Below are positions 17,405 to 24,576 of a DNA stretch of 44,060 nt, piece after piece. Made by a program: the position numbers and the translations under genes. Source of the DNA: a virus; IMG/VR virus record IMGVR_UViG_3300045988_092570. One strand, written 5' to 3'. The notes below the pieces were generated by a model. The model was not told the origin of the DNA. It worked only from the letters and a program-made list of their open reading frames with translations, and ran no database searches. Each line of letters opens with the position of its first letter. Position 1 is the stretch's first letter.

Positions 17405-18048
17405 GGCATCTCGCCATCATTGCCGACGGAAATCGACGTTGGGCGGCATCACAGAATCTCCCTAAAGAAGCTGGACACGCGCAGGGGTTGAATGTTATCG
17501 AGCGCTGCTGCGAGTGGGCAATTTCGCGTGATGTGAAAATGCTGACGGTCTACTGTTTTTCCACTGAAAACTGGGGACGCGAGAGCGGCGAAGTAGATCA
17601 CATCATGGATCTTGCTCGATGGTATTTTCGGGAGCGCCGTGAATGGTTTGTAACCCGTGGTATCCGCGTGCGTTTTGCGGGTCGGCGGGATCGTCTGGCG
17701 AAAGATCTCGTAGAGGACATGGAGACGATGGAAGAGGAAACCAAGCAAGGTGACGCCCTGACGCTGACAATCTGCGCAGATTATGGCGGGAGAGACGCCA
17801 TCACCCGCGCTGTACAGCACGGGGCGAGAACAGAGCAAGAATTAGATGTGGCGCTGACAGGCGAAGTCCCGACACCGGACGCCATCCTCCGAACGGGTGG
17901 AGAAATGCGGCTCTCTAACTTCCTGTTGTGGCAGGCCGCCTATGCGGAATTATTCTTCTCGAGAACCTTTTTCCCAGCACTGGAAGATGCGGAGTTGGAT
18001 GAGGTGCTGAATGAGCATGGGGAGAGAAAACGAAATTATGGGACATGA
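17401..18048 (+). CDS. uppS: Cis-prenyltransferase, undecaprenyl diphosphate synthase homologue
   Basis: IIADGNRRWA, FSTENWGR and RTGGEMRLSNFLLWQAAYAELFF match UppS hallmark motifs. GTGA overlap with the previous gene. Confidence 0.85.
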   Translation: MRHLAIIADGNRRWAASQNLPKEAGHAQGLNVIERCCEWAISRDVKMLTVYCFSTENWGRESGEVDHIMDLARWYFRERREWFVTRGIRVRFAGRRDRLAKDLVEDMETMEEETKQGDALTLTICADYGGRDAITRAVQHGARTEQELDVALTGEVPTPDAILRTGGEMRLSNFLLWQAAYAELFFSRTFFPALEDAELDEVLNEHGERKRNYGT

Positions 18049-18068
18049 CAGGATAACGGAGGGGGAAC

Positions 18069-18371
18069 ATGGACAACGGTAAGCATTATGACGATGCGGC
18101 AATCGCGCTGATCGAATCTCGGTGCAAGAGCAACACGCACAGGATCAACGAGCTGACCGAGCATCAGGTGGCGCTTGATAGGCTCGTGACCTCGGTCGAG
18201 GTCTTGGCCACGAAACAAGAGACAGTCGAAGGCGACGTCAAGGAGATCAAGGAGGACGTGAAGACCATGACAGGCAAGGCGGGGAAACGATGGGACAGCA
18301 TCGTGGACAAGCTGCTCGCCGTGCTCGCGGGGGCGTTCCTCGCGTGGCTAATTTCGGGAGGCATGGCATGA
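18069..18371 (+). CDS. XhlA-like lysis-associated membrane protein
   Basis: 100 aa with an N-terminal coiled coil and a single C-terminal TM segment (LLAVLAGAFLAWLISGG). First gene of the lysis cassette. Confidence 0.55.
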   Translation: MDNGKHYDDAAIALIESRCKSNTHRINELTEHQVALDRLVTSVEVLATKQETVEGDVKEIKEDVKTMTGKAGKRWDSIVDKLLAVLAGAFLAWLISGGMA

Positions 18372-18484
18372 TGGATGATTTTGCAGAGGTGGCAGTTGCC
18401 ATCATTGTGGGCGCGGCCCTGCTGCTTGGCGCGGCGGTGTCCATTAAGGGCATCCGCGCACTCTGGATGTGGTGCATGGCATGA
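18368..18484 (+). CDS. Small single-TM protein (38 aa), holin-like or accessory
   Basis: ATG overlaps the previous stop. VAVAIIVGAALLLGAAVSI forms a hydrophobic core. Confidence 0.5.
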   Translation: MMDDFAEVAVAIIVGAALLLGAAVSIKGIRALWMWCMA

Positions 18485-18705
18485 AGAAGCTGAAAGAGCA
18501 CTGGGGCAGGATGAAGAAGCGGGACAAGTACATATCCATCGCCATTCTCAGCTTGACGTGGTACACCGTCGCCTCGCTCGCCATGACGGCGCTCGGCGTG
18601 CCGCCGCCGGACGTACTGACGGAACGCTGGTTCAAGGCATGGACGACGGAGCTTGTCGTTGTGGCGGGCATCAAGATTTTTAGGAAGGACGATACAGTTT
18701 TATGA
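18481..18705 (+). CDS. Two-TM holin-like protein (74 aa)
   Basis: ATG overlaps the previous stop. Two hydrophobic segments (ISIAILSLTWYTVASLAMTAL and TTELVVVAGIKIF). Confidence 0.55.
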   Translation: MKKLKEHWGRMKKRDKYISIAILSLTWYTVASLAMTALGVPPPDVLTERWFKAWTTELVVVAGIKIFRKDDTVL

Positions 18706-18896
18706 ATGAATTACTGAACAAAAGAATTGCGAACCTTCTCAGCGTGAAGAGCCTCGTGACGATTGCGCTGACGGCGACCTTCTGCGCGCTGACGGTACAG
18801 TCAAAAGTGACGCAGGAATTTAACACCGTGTACCTCATGGTCATCGCCTTTTACTTCGGCACGCAGAACGCGGCGGGCAGCGCGAAGGGAGAGTGA
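18702..18896 (+). CDS. Two-TM holin-like protein (64 aa)
   Basis: Coupled to its neighbours and lies immediately upstream of the amidase. TM segments LVTIALTATFCALTV and VYLMVIAFYFG. Confidence 0.6.
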   Translation: MNELLNKRIANLLSVKSLVTIALTATFCALTVQSKVTQEFNTVYLMVIAFYFGTQNAAGSAKGE

Positions 18897-19546
18897 GCGG
18901 TGTGAATATCCGCAAATATCCGGCCAACGCCGGGAACGTCGGCGGCACGCGCGCGGCGAGCGGCATCCGCTACATCGTCATCCACTACACGGGCAACGAC
19001 GGCGACACGGCGATGAACAACGCCAAGTATTACGCGGGCAACGTCGTGAAGACCAGCGCGCACTACTTCGTCGATGCAAATGAGATCGTGCAGAGCGCGG
19101 ACGACCTGCGCATCGCGTGGGCGGTCGGCGGGAAGAAGTACCCGTCCTGTTCTCAGACGGGCGGCGGGACGATGTACGGCAAGTGTAAGAACGCCAACAG
19201 CATCAGCATTGAGCTGTGCGACGCGAAGAAGGACGGCGTTTACGCGCCGGACGCGCGTGCCGTGGAGCGGGCGCTTGCGCTGACGAAAGCTCTGATGAAG
19301 AAGTACAACATCCCCGCGAGCAACGTCATCCGCCACTTCGACGTGACGGGCAAGCTGTGCCCCGCGTACTGGTCCGGCAAGGAGAACGCGGGCAAGTGGG
19401 AAAAGGAATTCCATGGCAAGCTGACGGCGCCCGATTACCGCGCGCAGCTTCAGAAGCGCGCGGGGTTGACGGACGGCACGATGGATTACCTCTCGGCGTA
19501 TCAGTACGGCGACGACCTCGTCCGGAAGCTCGCGACGATGAAGTAA
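18893..19546 (+). CDS. N-acetylmuramoyl-L-alanine amidase (Amidase_2/PGRP-type endolysin)
   Basis: IRYIVIHYTGN, SAHYFVD and SISIELCD match amidase_2 zinc-site and substrate motifs. Confidence 0.85.
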   Translation: MSGVNIRKYPANAGNVGGTRAASGIRYIVIHYTGNDGDTAMNNAKYYAGNVVKTSAHYFVDANEIVQSADDLRIAWAVGGKKYPSCSQTGGGTMYGKCKNANSISIELCDAKKDGVYAPDARAVERALALTKALMKKYNIPASNVIRHFDVTGKLCPAYWSGKENAGKWEKEFHGKLTAPDYRAQLQKRAGLTDGTMDYLSAYQYGDDLVRKLATMK

Positions 19547-19606
19547 AGCACGGGGCGGGAGGGCGCGAACGCTCTCCCGCCCGGGAAGAAAGGAGGGAAG
19601 GAGGGA

Positions 19607-20767
19607 ATGCCTTCCAACTGGCTATACATCGACACGAATTTCCCGTCGTTCACACAGAAAGAGAGCGACGGTGAGAAGATCGAGACGATGCAGGACTATC
19701 TCTTCATGCTCGTTGAGCAGCTGCGCTACACGCTGAGGAACCTCGACCTGAAGAACATGAACAAGGCGGCGATGAACGGCTTTTTGCAGAATATTCGCGA
19801 ACCGATCTATGCCAAGATCGAGGACACGAACAAGAACGTGAATGAGCTGAGCATCACGGCGCAAGGGCTGAGCGAGCGCATCAGCAGCGCCGAGGGGAAC
19901 ATCACGCAGCTGGGCGCGAGAGCAGACGGGCTCGCGGCCGAGATCCGCAACGTCAAGGGAGATATTACATCACTCGGCGCACGGGCGGACGGCCTTGCGG
20001 CAGAGATCAAAAACGCCAAGGGCGACATTACCCAACTCGGCGCGAGAGCAGACGGTCTCGCCACAGAGATCAAAAACGCCAAGGGCGACATTACCCAACT
20101 CGGCGCGAGAGCAGACGGCCTCGCCGCGCGCATCGGCGACGCCGAGGGGAACATCACGCAGCTGCAAGCGACGGCGACGGGGTTGCAGGCGAGCATTTCG
20201 AACCTGAACGGCAGCGTGACAAACCTGACGGCGGACGTGAACGGCATCCGCGCGACGGTGAGCACCAAGATCGACGCGACGCAAGCGCAGAGCATCTTTG
20301 ACCAGAGCGCGACCGGCTTCACGCTGGGCGCGACGAGCGGCGAGAACGGCACGATCTTCAAGCTCAACTACAACGGCGTGCAGGTGGCGAGCACGGGGAC
20401 CGTCGATCTGCACGTCAAGGCAGTCGACATCGACGGCACGCTGACGGCGGGGGCGCTGCGCGGCGGGAGCGTAAGTCTACTGGCAGGGGAGACCCCTGTC
20501 GGCAGCATGGATCTTGCCTACACGGGCACGGGGCAGGTCGGCGTCGGTCTGACGGCGACCTATGGTGGCATGAAGATGCACGCAGCGGGAAATATCTTTC
20601 TTGAATCCGAGCTGGGGCCGTTTGCATTGATCGGAAAAGACGATGCCAGCGACTACCCTGTCGTCTCGCTCGGCGGCGGCTATCTGGTACTGAGCGGCAA
20701 CTACATGTTCGGCGCTTCGCCGCCAAGCGCCGCGCCGTATGGTACGGTGTTTTTCCTTGAGGAGTGA
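19607..20767 (+). CDS. Tail fibre or appendage protein with 21-aa tandem repeats
   Basis: 386 aa with repeated KGDITQLGARADGLAAEIKNA units and a structural-protein-like N-terminus (LVEQLRYTLRNLD). Confidence 0.7.
   Translation: MPSNWLYIDTNFPSFTQKESDGEKIETMQDYLFMLVEQLRYTLRNLDLKNMNKAAMNGFLQNIREPIYAKIEDTNKNVNELSITAQGLSERISSAEGNITQLGARADGLAAEIRNVKGDITSLGARADGLAAEIKNAKGDITQLGARADGLATEIKNAKGDITQLGARADGLAARIGDAEGNITQLQATATGLQASISNLNGSVTNLTADVNGIRATVSTKIDATQAQSIFDQSATGFTLGATSGENGTIFKLNYNGVQVASTGTVDLHVKAVDIDGTLTAGALRGGSVSLLAGETPVGSMDLAYTGTGQVGVGLTATYGGMKMHAAGNIFLESELGPFALIGKDDASDYPVVSLGGGYLVLSGNYMFGASPPSAAPYGTVFFLEE
19892..20206 (+). repeat. 63-bp (21-aa) in-frame tandem repeat, about 5 units
   Basis: Units begin at 19892, 19955, 20018, 20081 and 20144. 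Units 3 and 4 share their first 38 nt exactly. Confidence 0.85.
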
Positions 20768-20770
20768 GAG

Positions 20771-21250
20771 ATGGCGAGCTTTTATTGTACGCTGTCACCG
20801 GTCGACGGAGACGGGACACAGCTCAGCGTCTACGCACGGTTTACTGGCGGCGCGTCGGATTACACGTATAAGCGCTCAATCGACATCCGCATCACGGGCA
20901 TCGGGACGTTCTCGTTCGATTCGAGCGAGGCCGGCGGTGGGACGAGCACCTTTGCCGGCACGATAACAGGGCTATCGCCGGGGACGACATACGAATGGAT
21001 ATGCAACATGTACTACTGGGGCGGATCGTGGATCGTCTCAGATTACAGCGATTCCGGCACGGCAACGACGTACAGCGGCGGCGGCAGCGGAGGCAGCGCG
21101 AAGGCGGTCATCAACGTCGGGACGTATTATAACCCAAACTGGAAGAGATACCGTGCGATCGTCAACATTGGGACGTATTACAACACAAATTGGCTATCGG
21201 TTCGACCGGTCAACAATTACGGGAGCTATTCGCAACCCAATTGGAGGTAA
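20771..21250 (+). CDS. Structural-module protein with a C-terminal triple 16-aa repeat
   Basis: 159 aa. The C-terminus carries VINVGTYYNPNW / VNIGTYYNTNW / VNNYGSYSQPNW. Confidence 0.65.
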   Translation: MASFYCTLSPVDGDGTQLSVYARFTGGASDYTYKRSIDIRITGIGTFSFDSSEAGGGTSTFAGTITGLSPGTTYEWICNMYYWGGSWIVSDYSDSGTATTYSGGGSGGSAKAVINVGTYYNPNWKRYRAIVNIGTYYNTNWLSVRPVNNYGSYSQPNWR

Positions 21251-21255
21251 AGAGC

Positions 21256-21465
21256 ATGAATGAAAAGATCAAGCAGGAAGCGGCGCACGCGATGCGCCTG
21301 ATCGGCATTTTGAACGTTAACGGCGACGCCGTCGATGTGGTGGCGGCGGTGCGCCAGTCGCTTCGCAATATCGTGACGATCTGCGATGCGGCAGAAGAGC
21401 CGACGCAGGGCGACACGCAGGACAAGCAGGCGGCGGAGCCGGAAAAGGCCGGTGAAGCCAAATGA
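21256..21465 (+). CDS. Hypothetical protein (69 aa)
   Basis: Internal ATG with GGAGGTAAAGAGC upstream. Coupled to the next gene. Confidence 0.55.
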   Translation: MNEKIKQEAAHAMRLIGILNVNGDAVDVVAAVRQSLRNIVTICDAAEEPTQGDTQDKQAAEPEKAGEAK

Positions 21466-23114
21466 AGCTGCCTGAGGTCCCGTATGCCGACGGCATCGGC
21501 AAGCGCGGGCAGCTGCAATTCTACGGCCTTGACCACAATCTGGGCGCCGGAGACGGCGGGCTGTGGGACATGCAAAACCTGACGAGCGACTACTATCCTG
21601 TGCTTTCGACGCGCGCAAAGCGCAAAATTTACAAGAATCTTGTCAGTCCGGGCGGGCTTTTCGCGTGGGACGCGCTGGCATGGGTGGAGGGCACGGCCTT
21701 CTACTACGACGGCGTGAAAAAAGGCAACGTGACGGCGGGCGAGAAGCGCTTCGCCGCCATCGGGGCCTATATCATCATCCTGCCGGACAAGAAGTACTAC
21801 AACACGGTATCGGGCGAGTTCGGTAGCCTTGAGAGCACGTGGAGCGGCGCCAGCTTAACGTTTACGAACGGCAAGCTCTATGAAGAGGCCGCGGAGGCGA
21901 ACACCATTCAGGCAAGCGGCATCGCATGGAGCGACTACTTCAAGGCGGGCGACGCGGTGACGATCTCTGGCTGCACGAAGCACACGGAGAACAACAAAAC
22001 GCCAGCGATCCGCGAGATCGACGGCGACAAGATGTATTTCTATGAAAACGTCTTCAAGCTGGACGGTGACAACGGCACGACAGAGTACACGGAGACGGGA
22101 AACTTGACGGTTCGGCGCACGGTGCCGGACTTAGAATACCTGTGTGAGAACGAAAACCGGCTGTGGGGCTGCGACGGCCGGACGATCTACGCAAGCAAGC
22201 TCGGCGATCCCTTCAACTGGAACGTGTTCGAGGGCCTTGAGACCGACAGCTACGCCGTGGACACGGGCAGCGCGGGCGACTTTACGGGGTGCGTGAGTTT
22301 CCTCGGCTATCCGGTGTTCTTTAAGGAGGACCACATCTACAAGGTGTACGGCAGCATTCCGTCCAACTTTGAGGTGATGGGCTCGGCCACGCTGGGCGTT
22401 GCCAAGGGCTGCGGCGGGAGCCTCGCCATCGCGGGCGAGCGGCTGCTGTACCTCTCCAATTCCGGCGTGATGATCTACTCGGGCGGCATCCCGCAGAGCC
22501 TGCACGACGCCTTTGGCATGACGAGGCTGCGGAACGGACGCGCGGGGAGCGATGGTCTCAAGTACTACCTGAGCGCGCAGGACGAGAATGGGGAGTGGAA
22601 GCTCTACGTCTACGACACGCGCAAGGGCATGTGGCACATCGAGGACAAGACGCACGCGACGCACTTCTGCCGCTATCAGGGGAACAACTATTTCCTGACG
22701 GCGGAGGGCAAGATCGCGCTGACGGGCAACATCCTCGACGCGCCGGAGGGCTGCACGGACGAGGAAGACTTCACGTGGTTCGCCGAGACGGGCGACTTCA
22801 CGGGAAAGGGATCGAGCCAAAGTACGAGCTACGACGGCGTGAAGAAGAGCATCGCCAAGCTGTGGGTGCGCATCGAGGTCGCGGCGGGGGCCGAAGCAAA
22901 GGTGCTGATGCAGTTCGATTCCGACGGGAAGTGGGTGCAGGCCGGGCAAACGCTGAAACCGGAGCGAAAGCGCAGCTATTACCTGCCCATCGTGCCGCGG
23001 CGCGCAGACCATTACCGCATCCGCATCGAGGGCAAGGGCGAGTGCCGCGTCTATTCGATGAACCGCGAGTATTACGCGGGCAGCGAGCTCAAGAGCACGC
23101 GCGGACCACAGTAA
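21462..23114 (+). CDS. Virion structural protein (putative tail or adaptor component)
   Basis: 550-aa ORF with native codon usage in the structural block. No specific motif recognised. Confidence 0.65.
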   Translation: MKLPEVPYADGIGKRGQLQFYGLDHNLGAGDGGLWDMQNLTSDYYPVLSTRAKRKIYKNLVSPGGLFAWDALAWVEGTAFYYDGVKKGNVTAGEKRFAAIGAYIIILPDKKYYNTVSGEFGSLESTWSGASLTFTNGKLYEEAAEANTIQASGIAWSDYFKAGDAVTISGCTKHTENNKTPAIREIDGDKMYFYENVFKLDGDNGTTEYTETGNLTVRRTVPDLEYLCENENRLWGCDGRTIYASKLGDPFNWNVFEGLETDSYAVDTGSAGDFTGCVSFLGYPVFFKEDHIYKVYGSIPSNFEVMGSATLGVAKGCGGSLAIAGERLLYLSNSGVMIYSGGIPQSLHDAFGMTRLRNGRAGSDGLKYYLSAQDENGEWKLYVYDTRKGMWHIEDKTHATHFCRYQGNNYFLTAEGKIALTGNILDAPEGCTDEEDFTWFAETGDFTGKGSSQSTSYDGVKKSIAKLWVRIEVAAGAEAKVLMQFDSDGKWVQAGQTLKPERKRSYYLPIVPRRADHYRIRIEGKGECRVYSMNREYYAGSELKSTRGPQ

Positions 23115-23139
23115 AAATTCAAGCAGAGAGGAGAAGAAA

Positions 23140-24576
23140 ATGGCGTATACATACGATGACTTTCAAAAGGCGGCGAGCGGCAGCAATGTGAATTTTTCGC
23201 AGTACGATCTCGACCTTGCGAAAAAGTACCCTGAGTTCGGCATGAGCGTGCTCGACCTCAAGAAGCAGTACGCGGGCGCGACGACGGCGGAGCAGCGCGC
23301 GCTCATCAACGCCAAGGCAAACCAGCTGCGCAGCAGCTACGGCAATTACACTGCCGGCGCGGATGGCAGCCAGTACGTGAGCGACGGCAAGTACGCGCCG
23401 AAGATCGACGAGACGCTCGACAAGATCGGCTCGTTCAAGCCGTTTACATACGGCAGCGCGCCGAGCTACGAAAACCGCTTCCAGCAGAAGCAGCAGGAGC
23501 TTTTGGACGCGGCGCTCAATCGCGATCCGTTCTCGTGGAGCAAGGAGACGGATCCGCAGTACGGCAGCTACAAAAAGACGTATCTGCGCGAGGGCGAGCG
23601 GGCGACGGCGGACGCACTGGCGAAAGCAAGTGCCGCGAGCGGCGGCCGGCCGAGCTCGTTCGCCGTGAACGCGGCGACGCAGGCGGGTGACTACTACGCG
23701 ACGAAGCTCTCCGACGTGATCCCAACGCTCTACCAGCAGGCCTATGAGCGATACCTCAAGGACTACCAGATGAAGCTGAGCGACCTGAACGCGGTGAACC
23801 AGCAGGAGCAGCTGGACTACGCAAAGTATCTCGACCGGCTGAACCAGTTCAACACCGACAGGAACTTCGACTACAACAACTACCTCGGCGAGTATGGCCG
23901 CTTGCAGGACTACCTCGGCAATTTGCAGGGGCAGGACAACACGGAGTACAACCGCTATCTCGGTGTGCTGGATGCGATCAAGGAAAAGCAGCAGCAGGAC
24001 CAGGAGCTCAGCCGGTCGCAGGTCGACGCGATGCTGCAAGCGGGCGCGTCGCCGAGCGCGGGGCTTGTCGGCAAGAGCGGGTACGAGAGCGAGTACGTCA
24101 AGGCGCTCGAGAATTACTACAAGCAGCAGGCGGCGCAGGCCGCGGCGAAGACGAGCGGCAGAAGCGGCAGGACCACGAGGCGGTCCGGCGGGACGAGCGG
24201 CGGAAATACGACCGACGGCAACGAAAGCGGGCTCGACTATCAGGGCCTTTTCGAGGCGGCGAAAAAGAGCGGCAATCCCAAGAGCTGGCTCGCGCAGAAG
24301 GCAAACTATCAGAAATTCGGCTTCACCTCGTCGAGCGGGCTGTATTCGGACTATGAGACGTGGCTGGAAAACGGCGGCGTGTCGAACAGCAGTAAGACGA
24401 TGGCACAGGGGCCGTTCATTGCGCTGCTGTCTGGCTTCAACACGTCGCTCAAGAACGGCGAGGGCGAGCGAATCCTTTCGACGCTCGACAAGACCTGGCC
24501 GATGATGACGAGCGAGCAGAAAGCAGAAATGCAGAAATTGCTCAAGCAGTATGGTTATTCCTACGAGGAGGGCTAA
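23140..24576 (+). CDS. Virion structural or internal protein
   Basis: 478-aa ORF with a Q/Y/N-rich middle and a basic Gly/Ser/Arg/Thr-rich segment. Its stop abuts the start of the giant ORF. Confidence 0.65.
   Translation: MAYTYDDFQKAASGSNVNFSQYDLDLAKKYPEFGMSVLDLKKQYAGATTAEQRALINAKANQLRSSYGNYTAGADGSQYVSDGKYAPKIDETLDKIGSFKPFTYGSAPSYENRFQQKQQELLDAALNRDPFSWSKETDPQYGSYKKTYLREGERATADALAKASAASGGRPSSFAVNAATQAGDYYATKLSDVIPTLYQQAYERYLKDYQMKLSDLNAVNQQEQLDYAKYLDRLNQFNTDRNFDYNNYLGEYGRLQDYLGNLQGQDNTEYNRYLGVLDAIKEKQQQDQELSRSQVDAMLQAGASPSAGLVGKSGYESEYVKALENYYKQQAAQAAAKTSGRSGRTTRRSGGTSGGNTTDGNESGLDYQGLFEAAKKSGNPKSWLAQKANYQKFGFTSSSGLYSDYETWLENGGVSNSSKTMAQGPFIALLSGFNTSLKNGEGERILSTLDKTWPMMTSEQKAEMQKLLKQYGYSYEEG

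Noticed and set aside
19553-19582. A hairpin after the endolysin gene (GGGCGGGAG/CTCCCGCCC) as a terminator.
   Set aside because: No T-run follows it, and the next structural gene starts 25 nt later. It is more likely a stability element or has no function.
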